64,000 nt of DNA from Pavona decussata. Lineage: Eukaryota. The position numbers were made by a program, and so were the translations under genes. The stretch spans positions 434,001 to 498,000 of the forward strand of contig CDRNST010000143.1 of the NCBI GenBank assembly GCA_977016875.1. Reading direction: 5' to 3'. The notes below the pieces were generated by a model. It made no database searches, had not been told where the DNA came from, and saw only the letters and a list, made by a program, of their open reading frames with translations. Below, piece after piece: positions 46,401 to 58,400 of the stretch (position 1 is its first letter; each line of letters starts with the position of its first letter).

Positions 46401-49400
46401 AGTGAGACAGTAAAAACAGAAGAAAGTAATATTGTGAACAGCAGCAACACATTCCCACCAAAACATGGGTTGACAGGAAAAGATGACGAAATACAAGATG
46501 GGACGAAAAGACGAGATCGAAGGCGCCCGCAAAATGAAAAGGAACAGAAGAACAGTGTTCCTATAAAACGTAACACATTGCCACAAAAAGATGGTTTGGC
46601 AGGAGAAAATAATGAAACGCAAAACAAGACTGCAGACAAAGATCAGAGTCGCCCAGAGAAGAGAAGTCAAGCAATGAAAAGTGCTGTTGTGAACAGCAAT
46701 GGCAACGCGTTGCAGCAAAATGGTGTGCAGGGTGGTGCAACAGGAAAAGACAGTAGTAGAGAAGATGAGGCTTTTAAAAGAGAACAGATGCATGCGCCCA
46801 GTGGAAGTGAAACAAAGAAAAGCAATGAGAATGGCAATCAAGAACAAAGACACGCACAAAATGAGAGAGAGTTAGTCCAAACACGAACTGCCAAAAGGAA
46901 AAAAAAGAAAACTGTTCACAAAGACGATTTATGGACCAAGGCCATGGAAGATCTCTTGGACAAGAGTCCGGAGGAAATTGTCAATGGCTTGATCTCGGAA
47001 GATTTCCCTTCGCTTGGAAAGAAACAAAAGATGAAAGATGATGCGGTGATCGTTCTTATAAGACTTCTGGCAAAAGCTTGTCATTGTGAATCTGATATCG
47101 GTTTAGAGCAATTCTTTACCTCTTTACAATCATCCTGGATTCTCACTGCTAGACTTGGAGCGTTTCTCGACCAAGCAATCAGGAAGAAATCGAAAGACCC
47201 ACAAATCCAAAGACTGAATTTGGATACAATCAGAGACATAGTAACACTACTCACAGAAGTTTTCAACAGATTCCCGAATTCATGCTCCAATTCACTATTA
47301 GTCAAGTTGCATAAAGCTAGAATGGCTCTTGTAAACTCTGGAACGCAATTAGACGAAGGCGTCTCCTTTGCTCTTCAAGAACTAACAAGACTAAGGAAGG
47401 AAGACAATTCCGCAGGAAGAAAACAACAAAGGGGCAGATCTCCTAGAGTTGGTAGAGTATCAGTTCAGACTTGTTTAGCGTGTTTGTTTGTTTGTTTTTT
47501 GGCCTGTTGTCTGAAACCTTTCACCCTCACAGCCAAATGACCTCAAATAGTAAATGTTGAAGTGATGATTCTAGTTTAAGTCTAGATCTGGGAACGACAT
47601 GTTACGATGTCATCGTTTCAACTAAAGCCGCTCTTCAGCAGTACGTTCCTCTGGTGTTGTTTTCGCAAGAGCATTTACATTCAGATAACGTAATGATTTT
47701 TTGTCTTTTTCGTGAATCTAAGTTCAAAGGCGCTCAAACGATGCGTACATTTAAAAGCGAGAAGTTCGATGCTCATTCAATAATGCTGATTTCTCATGTC
47801 TTGTCAGGGATGATCACCGATGCAAAACAAGACCCTCCCGAGAATTTCCGCCAGTTGAGTGTGATTCCGACCCCTTGTGATATCACTGACGTCAGAAACC
47901 ATGACGAAGGACTCTTTCTCAGAAAGAACAAAGTCAAGGGGAAGTACTACAATGAGGAACATTATTTAGACGTCCAGTTTCGGCTTCTTCGCGAGGACTT
48001 CTTGAGGCCCCTTCGTGATGGCATCCAGCTGTTAATGGACATGCCTACCGCATATCCAAGAGATGATGATCGCTTAAAGGATGTTAGAATGTACGATAAT
48101 GTCAGGATATTGAGCCCGGTATATACATCCAATGGAGTCAGATACAAGGTCAAATTTGACGTTTCAACGTTTGCTGGAGTGCAATGGGAGAACAGTAAAA
48201 GGCTGACCTTTGGATCCCTACTGTGTTTGTCTAAGGACAATTTCAAGAGCTTTACCTTTGCCTCCGTCGCTGACAGAAAGTTGGAGAATGTTAGAAGGGT
48301 AAGGAAGAGAGTTACAGAAATATCTTTCTAACGCTTTTAACTGTTTGTTCCTTGCCAACTATCAAAATAGGATACAAACAAATAATTTAGCATAACCGGA
48401 GGATCAACCTATTCAACAAAGAAATTAGGTAAAAAGGTTAACATCAAGCTTGTTGGCTTGTGAGTTCGACATTTTTCCATGCATGCACTCCCAGAGAATC
48501 AAGTGTATCGATAATTAGACCGACCTTATATAGCCAGCTTTTAAACCATTACCATGCTGGCGATGACTGCTCATACTGCTACACTTGTCTAGCAACTGAT
48601 TCGAACGAGGTTAACATTTGATGTACCGGATCTCGCTTTGAAGAGAGTGCGTAGTCTCTTGGAGGAATTCGACAGCATATTGGTATGAGGTATATTCTTT
48701 GGTTCATCGCTCAGTTTTTTCCTTGTTATTTGCATTTTAGGGGCTGATTGAAGTCCGATTTGTTTCGCCTTCCAATGAAGCTCGACCAAGAACAGGGGAC
48801 ATATGCCAAATGGTTGAATCCATAGCGTTCTTTGAGGCTTACCGTCCAGTGCTGGAGGGGCTAAAAATGATGTCTGCCAGAGATTTCCCCTTCAAGGTAT
48901 AGACAGTTTTAAATACAAGGCTGAAATTGACATGGGGCTAGTATATTTAGGTTTCCCTTGATCTAAAAACAACAAAATCACGTTAAGACAAATAACGAAA
49001 CAATGTAGCGCAAACTGACTCTCGCAAGCGACCCTCTAAAATTTGGGAATTCGTACCTGGCTTAGTTCTTAGTTTAGAGCAAGTTATACTTTTATATTCA
49101 GATTCAATGCTCTCGTTAAAGACCTCCTTCTTTGGTCTCTAAGGTGAGAATTGAATATTTAGGTTTCATTTCAATATAGAAAATGAACTAAAATTTGTCC
49201 TATTTTTAAATTAGAGTTACATAGTGTATGTGAAGAGTGACGATGACGTCAATCCACCAGCCTATCTCAAAAAACATGATCAGCAAGTGGTATTCGACTT
49301 CACTCCTATAATGCCCGGCAAAGCTAAGGAAGAGACCCCCGCGAGGTGAGGAAAGCAGTATAGCCTATGTATTTATCTACAACCCCGCATCATTTCTCAC

Positions 49401-52400
49401 GCATAAGGGCTATTTCATTAGTGCGTGTTGCAAAACAAAATAAAAACAAAAGTAATCATTTTAACCCATTACAACAAAGGTAAGAACAACATAATCCGAA
49501 TCTTAGGGACTGCAAACGATTGCAAGTCATTTCAAAATGATTGGCCTGGTCGAGAAATAATTGCGTTTCTTTAGAAGGTGACAGAGCTTAGTAACGTTAA
49601 CCCAAAGGAAACGCGAAACGGCCTCCTATACTCGACTGAAAACCGCTCTAAATAAAGCCGAAATTGTAAAATTTCTACCATAAATAGTGCATCTGTGGTT
49701 TTTGTGACCCTTTCTAAACGCATACTGTTTTCAAAGTGTGTTGTTTTGAATTGGAAAAAAGGCTGTAATAGGTGGCTCCACCTTGACCCAGCAGTGCAAA
49801 TCGGAAAGATAAAACTTACTTATACGTTTCCAAAAGGGGAAAGGTGCGTACAGTATAGTAAACACCCGCATAAAGGAACAAGTGGATTAAGGACTTCCAA
49901 GCTGAAATTCGTCATTTTAGACACCTCTTATATAAGAACCTTGAAATAAATATATGAAGACTTATTCAGGCTGACCGTGAAAAAAATAGATTCTTAAATG
50001 TGGGTGTTTACTGAATTTGTTATAAATCAGTACTGCCTAAATTCCATTGCTTACTTACTTCTATTCGCCCAATGACAAATAGCCAGAATTACATTGTTGC
50101 AAAAGACCTATTGATACTACAGTTTCATACCTAATTTAATACCAATGAATAATTTGCCTTTATTAGGTTAAGTTGGACGTTTTCGGAAGAAGAGGATAAT
50201 CATTGCGACGCAGAGGTGTCAGGTAAGTTAATAAGAAAGATGCTCCTAACGCAACAGTATTTGAACCAAGTAACGTCAACTTTGATAACTTTGATTACGC
50301 GTACGACGTTGTCCAATTCAGGATTGCTGAGTTAAAAGGGAGAGGATATGAATCCTGAGGTGACCCAAAAGGCCCTCTGTTAGACCAGGAGCCCATTACC
50401 CGGAGAACAAACTCCTATAGACTCGTGTAACGGACCTATTTATCAGCTGGCAGCCCCCCCCCCCCCCCCCCCCTCACCCCATTCGACTAGCGAAGGCCCG
50501 TTTACAGCGCTGCTCTCTGAAAATCCTTTCGCTGCACGAGCGAACCCACTTTCTACGCAGGCTAAAGAGTAACCTGCGATGGACCAGGAAGTCCAGCATC
50601 TCACTGAGGGGCATCATGTCCGCTGAACGGATGGGGATTTATTTACCCGTGTTATGGAAATAGAAGTCGATAAATAACAGCAGTTAATGTAAAACACAAG
50701 CCCTCTACTTTCAATACAGAAACTAATGTGACAGTTTTGGACTTGGCTTCTTGGCCATCAGCAGAGGAACTGGAATTAGATGATTCACAATTCAAAGCCT
50801 TGCAATTGGCGTTGACCAAAGAGTTCGCAATCATTCAAGGACCACCGGGCACTGGAAAGACCTACATTGGACTAAAGGTATTTAACAAAAACTACGACCA
50901 ATACTAAGATTCAGTTCAGTTTAAGCACCTCAGTTTCTCAAGATATTTTTCAATCATTTTAAAAACTCAAACATATGATATGGTAAACGGCAACGTAACT
51001 GCAATCTTTAAACCTAAACTCTCAAAGTCAACCTAAAATTAGCTACTTTTGAGGAAGAAGTCTCAGTTGAAATATTTTCTTACCATAATAAAAATAATGA
51101 AAATAAAAATAGATGCAGACATCAAAAAAGGTTTTCGAAAAAGACATTTTTTCAAAGGAAGGAATTATCTTTATGATAAACCAGATGTCTTCGTGTAGTG
51201 TACAATCACGATCTAATTGTTAAATCAAACAAAAGAAATGTGTAGATTTCCAAAGGGGTGAAGTGTGGAGAAACGAATCGGAAAGTACTGAGTTTCGTGA
51301 TGGTAATGGTGATGTCTTTATATACAGCACATATTACATAGTCTCCTGGCTCCATCAGTTCTTGCATTGATCTCAAACACTCACCAAACCCACACTTGAT
51401 TGGAAAGACAGATGAAATCGGATATTACATTACAACGTTTTCTTCCTTATCCACCAACACAGATTGCCAAGATTCTACTACATAACCAAAACGCTTGGTC
51501 AGCAAACGGAAAGAGTGGTCCTATCCTCGTAGTTTGTTACACTAACCACGCCCTCGACCAGTTTCTGGAAGGAATCCTTGAAGATCATCCAGAGGGAATT
51601 ATTCGAGTCGGAGGAAGAAGCCAGAGCGAGAAAATACAAGAACTCAGCCTTTCTAAATTGAAAAAGGTGACTAAAAGCTCAACAGAATCTTTAAAATGGC
51701 ATGCCAGTAACAGCTATTTTAAATCGGTATAGTTGGTAATAATTAAACGCAGATTGACGGACGAAAATCGGTCCGGAATAATAAATAATCTTTAGTAGCG
51801 CTATAGATTTTTTTGAATCAGGCCGATTTTCACCTCAGGCTAAATCAATAGGTAGGAGGCAGTAGGAGGCAGAGGGTCGAGTGGTTAGGGCGCCGGACTT
51901 GAAATCCGGTGGTCCCGGGTTTAAGTCCCGCTCTGAGCGCTAACTGGAGTTGTTTCTCGGTAGCCCCAAGTTCAACTCCTCGGACGCGCTTGTAAATAGC
52001 CAGCTGGCCTGCCTCCTGCCAGTTTGGATTTCTAACCCATGTTACTTTCAATTTGCATTATTTCTTTATGAAGTTTTATGCTCGGCCCCACTAGCACTTG
52101 TGCTATAAACACTGCCGAGGGTAAATAAAGGTTATGTATGTATGTATCAAAGCAACGGTGAACGAAATCAACCGACGTGTCAATTAAAATTTATATGGGC
52201 TAATTTAAGGACTGGACCTACCATAACGGGGCTAGAAATCGGTACGTGTAAATAATTAGCCTTAAGACTACCACCTTGAGATTCTTTCACAGTTCTTTTC
52301 CAATTATTAATTCAAGGATTTTCGCTTTTTCTACAATTCGAAATAACAACAAACGCAGCCCGCATTGTGCATTAACTGTTCCGAAGAACCCATGGATAAT

Positions 52401-55400
52401 ATGTTATATTTCTTAGAACAACCAGACGTCTAAAAAGTTCCGAAAAGCCTTCGGTGAGATCAAGGGAGAAATGAATGACCTGTCAGAGTTTATTTACCAT
52501 CATGACGAAGTGCTCGAGAAACTTAAAAGAACGGTATTTCACGAAGATGAGCTTAGAGGGTACGCCACGAGCATGACATCGAAGCAGTATGATTCCCTAG
52601 TAAGAGGCTCAAACCGCGCGTCGGAGAAGAGAAGGGAATCTGTTATCCCACAATGGCTAGAGCTTCCTGTACTGCCAACCGACCCATACCAGGACGGTAA
52701 GATATTTTTTTACAGAGTAACCATTTCCGACAAACTAAGAGATCCTTCTGCTACAGCCTACAGCCTAAATCCGGGGGTAATTCTCGTTTTCTCGCTTTCT
52801 CAACCAATTAATTACAAGCCAAATAACCAAAACCAATAGTGACTTTTCTTTCTTTCTTTTTCTTTTTTATTAACTAACTACTGTCATTTACAGCTTTACA
52901 TATTGCGAATAACTAACAGATCACCTTTTCATAGGATAGAGAAAAACTGCCATATACATTAAACACTACAACACACTAAACAGTAGGCAAACAGTTTCTA
53001 GAAATTAATAACTAGATACCGGAAATTTACAAAGATTTTCCTAGAATTGCATCCCATCTTTTCCTGAAAGTTGCGAACTTCCTAAATTGTTTTGCTATAT
53101 TTTTCACGAAGACCACTAGATAGTGACATGCTGCCACGAGTTTTCCAACGCTTGGCTCAAATAACGCGTATCTTTTTTTGATTTTGATTAGCTCATTCTG
53201 TTATCTGCAGCTGCTCTGATTGATCAGTTTATTAACTCTGGGTTTAATTTTTACACGCTTCCTTAAAAACTGATCTCAGTCTAATTAGACCGAATTTATT
53301 AATTCCCAAGTTACCCCAGTCCTCATTTTACCCCACGTCTACAATCTGTATTTTGTTCTTTACCCCTGAGGTAAAAATAATACAAGTGCATTGTTTGTAC
53401 CCTGGTTGGTGTACAACCAAATGTTTTACCATATACAGTTGAAAATTTGAAGTATCATTCAATTGCCTTTCAATTTGGCTTTGCTATGCCATGTTAACGA
53501 TAACCTTAACTACTTTACAAACTGAGAGCCCAGTCTTAAATTTAGTTCTCTTTTTTTTTTTTCAGGTTTTGCTCAACCTCTTGCCATGTTTCCTTTCAAT
53601 GCTGAATGCCAGGGCTTGGAGTATTTTTCACAAGAACAGATAGCCATCCTATCGCCAAATGTCCGACCGGCACCTGGTCCTGATGGGCATTCAGGAGGAT
53701 CATTAAAACTGGAAGGGGAGTCCCATTCATTTATCGACATTCCAAACTTTTCCGGTGGCTGTGCAGATGCCGAAAGATCCATAACGTTGCTTGCATTTGT
53801 TTATCCTTTGGGTGGAAGTGGGCCAATCATAAGCTATCACATTGATGGGTTAGGTGTTCAGCTTGGCTATGAAAAATCCGACAGCGAAATGGGAGTACTG
53901 ACAGCTTCTTTCATTCAAAGAGATCTTATGGCACCAGCTAAACCACTGAGAGCGCCGGTGCTGGCAAATAATGAGTGGAACTTCGTCGGTGCTTCGTACG
54001 ATTCAAACTCTGGAGTAGCACGCCTGTGGCATAATGGTAATGAAGTAACTACTGACGATATCGGAAAAGGCCTTGAGCTGGCGACTCAGTTCCCTATCAG
54101 GTTAGGTGCCTTAGGGAGCTGCCGTCGTGAAAATATCTTTTCAGGTAGAATCTCGCATTTGCATATTTATGATGAAGCACTAACTGCTGAAAACATTCGT
54201 GCGGTGGGAGGAATTTCACAACAGATTGCAAAAGGTTGGTCTCCATTTTATCTGACCATTAAAGTTGAATGTTTTGATAATTACCTTTATTAAAAAAGTG
54301 TATAATAGTTTTTATTGAAAACGGAATCATTGTGTAATGCAATTCCAGGGATATGATTGACTTAGCGGCCATGGTGTATGGGTCACTTTAACATGCCCGT
54401 AAAAAGCGACTATTAAATTTTCTTCTGGTTGTTCTTGCAAAGTGAAATTAGCGTGATCTAGCAATATTTCTTGCTTGTTTTCAATAAAACAATTTTTCCA
54501 CTCACGCTTGTTGGATATAAGCGATGATTATAAAGTAAAGTACCCATGATAGAGATTCCTCTATGTATTATAAGAATAATTTATTTAGCATAAAGGACAA
54601 TACACCTGTATGTCTCGTTGTCATATTCAGAATCTAATCACATGCATTTGCTGTTGCAATAGAGTCATTTGGTTAAAATGGTAACCTTCTTTGAAAAACT
54701 TAACAGAGTTTTCTAAGATCTGCTGGGACATACCATCTGCCAATTAGTAGATATAAATTAAACTGGCGTAAAATGTAATCTAATGGACGGATAAAGGCCA
54801 GCCGCCATCGATCCAACGACTCAAGAATGCTAGGTCTTCGTTCCAACATAGGGCAATGACGAGCTTTGGTAGCCATTGTCAAAGTTTTAAAAGTTATAGA
54901 AGCCACTTAAAAATTGAAATTAAAAAAAATTGTCAAGAGAGGTTATGGTCATTCTCAAATAAGTTTATGCAATTGTCTTTCAAACCCAAGATGTTCAAGG
55001 TTTTAACGGGATTTGAGCCCATTTCGGTGCCATATCAACTCAACTAAGCTGTGAGCCTAATCTATTGGAAACAGGCGAATTGTGAGTTTATATACACGAA
55101 CGTGTAAGATAGTAACTATAATATTAAGCGAATGAAGGAACGAAATAAATATGTGATGAAAATGAAATTATGTTTCATAGAAACCAACAGCTTCAGCGAG
55201 GAACATTCAAATCTGGAAAAAGATGAAGAGATGGACGAAAGCAGCGACATAGAAGGTGAAAGAGGGGAAGAGACAGGAAATAACGGTCAGGGAGGGAAAT
55301 TCCCTGGTTTTACATTTGAAGCTGATGCCATGGAAGATCAAAGAATTCTAGAAATTGACGAAGTTGTCCTGTTTGAGTCCAGACCGTTGGGTGAAGTGAG

Positions 55401-58400
55401 CTCCGATGTTACTCCTAATGGTGCTGAGAGACGAGACCTCAGCGGCGGCTTTCAGTTCCAGAATGCTCACCGAATTAGACAAAAGATCAAACAAATCATT
55501 CGGAGAGAGCTCAAGAACGATGAGATGATGAGCAAGGACGAAGCTACCCAGGTAATTATATGAATGTACGATAACATTAAAAGTTGTAATCATACGCTGG
55601 AAAAAGTGCCTTAGCTTGTGGTAAATTATACCCTAAAAATAACTGCAGTTTTGTTTTCTTTAACTTTTGTTTCTTTTCATTTCAAAATTCATTCAGTCAA
55701 ACAATGACGACCAGAAGACCAAAAAAGGCAAGGAAGCACCGGCTTAGCAAATTTTGTCTGAATGGCCACACTTTATAGTAGGATTTCCCCCCTCTCCCCT
55801 CCCGAATAGAAATGCTTATGTGTTTTACAATGCTTAAATATGAGTTGCGATAAAGTCTGAAAAGAGTCTATTCTTCCAAAATCACCGATACGTAACTCCC
55901 GTTTAAGTAGCGCAAAGTGAATAGGAGCATGACCACTTCACTGCTATTTATTGGACAATTGTTAAAAACTCTATGGTGATCGTTATTTCAGGTTGAGGAC
56001 GTGTGGGAAGTTCATGACACAGCGGATCGCTGGCGCCTGTACCGCAGATGGGTGTATGATGCTCGTGAGAGCTGTTACCAAACTATCTTTCAGTTGCAAG
56101 AAATGTTTGATGACAAGGCAGATGAGCTTCAAGAACTAAGAAATAGGGAAGATTACGAGATCCTTAAAGACGCAGATGTAGTTGGGATGACCACTACAGG
56201 TAGAAGCAATGTTAAACCAGCTCAGCGTTAGAGTTACTAGCCCCAAAGTGCCGTGCTAACCTCTTTCAATCTAGTTACTTTATCGCCTGATACCCAAGTT
56301 GTGGAATCATCTGCCAGCCTCCCTCTGCTCTCCCTCCTATATCAACAAATTTATATCTCATTTAATTAAACTATGCCAATGCCCTAACTAACCCTTTTAA
56401 CAATTAACATGTGTCCTAAATACGGTGCTTCGTCCGCACAACATTTTAACTCCAAACATTTCCTGTTTTTGATTACGTTACTATAACGATTTGTAGGAAA
56501 ACTGTGTTTTGTTTTGTTTTGTTTTTTTATAGTCAGTAGTAATCACAAGTACTTAATAATCAATACAACCAGTATAGTGAGAATGTATCCTCTATTCTTC
56601 CTAGATTCTTCATAAGCCACGTGGATTAAATTTTCCATTAAATTATTGCTTTTAGGTGCTGCGAGGCATCGAAGTCTGTTGCAAGAGTTGCAACCAGTGA
56701 TTACTATTGTGGAGGAAGCCGCTGAAGTGTTTGAGGCACACACGGTTACCTCTTTAACTTCAGGATGCCAACACTTAATTCTGATCGGTGATCATCAACA
56801 ACTCCGTCCCAATCCCACAGTCTACGATCTCCAGAAAAATTACGCTTTGGACGTGTCGCTGTTCGAGAGAATGGTGACCAATGGACTACAATTTGAAAGG
56901 TTGTGCTTACAGCACCGAATGCGACCAGAAATCGCCAAGACGTTGGATCACATATATGTCAACCCAAGACTGCAAAATCACGATAAGGTGCTGAAGTTTG
57001 AAAAGGTTAAAGGCGTGGAACGAAATTTGTTTTTTGTGGACCATAGCAAGAAAGAGGTAATGACGTTTAACTTAACCATGCATCGCATTTACTGAGTTGA
57101 GTTGAGTTGAGTTGAGTTTAATTTTCAATTGTATTATATATATTTCCCTTGTCTAAACGCGTCTGTTACGAACACCTTGAAGTCCAAGTTTAATTTTGCC
57201 TAAACTCCCAAACGTGCAAATATTTCTTGAAACATTGTCACTAATTTGCAGTCAAACTGATTTAGCTAGATCGGCACTAATCACAAAAGAGTAAAATGTC
57301 CCCAGTAAAATCACCAAAGTTACCTACGGTGTAAAAGCCAGCCTACAATTTAGATTTACCTTTGTAGGACAGTGTCAAAGAAGGGAAAAGTAAAGCCAAT
57401 CTTCATGAAGCTAAATTCCTGACAGCCCTATGTCGCTACTTCATTCAGCAAGGTCAGTACAAGCAAGAACAGATTACAGTTCTAGCAGCGTATAGTGGAC
57501 AACTTGTCAACCTGAGGCGAGAGATGTCAAAAGACATGGAGTTTTTTGAGGGCGTGCGTGTCACTGCGATAGACAATTTTCAAGGAGAAGAAAATGAAAT
57601 CATCCTTCTATCGCTTGTTCGCAGCAAGAGGATTGGCTTTCTCAAGATCGCAAACAGAGTCTGCGTTGCGTTATCGCGAGCTCGAAAAGGCTTTTACATT
57701 ATCGGAAATGCCACGCTTTTGTCTGAACAGGACCCTGAGCTCTGGGGGAAAATCATCACAGATATGCGCGAACAAGGAAATCTGGGAACCCACTTAAAAC
57801 TTGTGTGTCAGAATCATCCCCAAAACTTCATTGAAGCATCGAGTGCAGATGATTTCGAGAACGCCCCAGAGGGAGGATGCAGTGAGCAATGCCAGTTCGG
57901 TATGCCTGACTGTGAACACATTTGTCAATCATTCTGTCATCCCATCGATATCGAACACAAAGAGGAATTCGCTTGCCAGATGCCATGCACTAGAAGGTGC
58001 GATAACGGTCATCAATGTCCCAAGATCTGTAGCGAAGACTGTGGCCCCTGTATGGTGAAAGTACCGAAGATCATTCCCGAATGTAAACACGAACAGGAGG
58101 TCCCTTGTTCTATGGATCCCTCTGAATTCAAGTGCAAGCAGATAGTAAAGAAAAAAGCTTTGCCTTGTGGTCATGTGAATAATGCCGAGTGTTCAATGGC
58201 TGCTGATGAAATCAAATGCAAGAAACCCTGTGGTTTGTTAGAGTGTGGCCACCCTTGTCAAGGTAAGAGTTAAAGACCACGACCCGGATGTTGCATAGCC
58301 GATTAACGGTAATCTATGATTAAAAGTTAACCGAGATTTTCAGCTTACTTGTTAAAATTTTTTTAAAATCTAATTTGAAGCTAATAATAAACAAAGGTCA

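Noticed and set aside
44048-46859. Long antisense ORFs (192-343 aa) opposite the ZNFX1 N-terminus
   Set aside because: Expected shadow of a purine-rich tandem repeat lacking antisense stops; repetitive F/L/S/C sequence with no domain.
51870-51935. tRNA-like sequences (also 27944 and 32202)
   Set aside because: Degenerate cloverleaf, no proper acceptor stem, followed by SINE body and tail.
53586-54293. Stand-alone 235-aa LamG gene as given in the ORF track
   Set aside because: No signal peptide; preceded by a strong acceptor and phase-matched to both flanking ZNFX1 exons.
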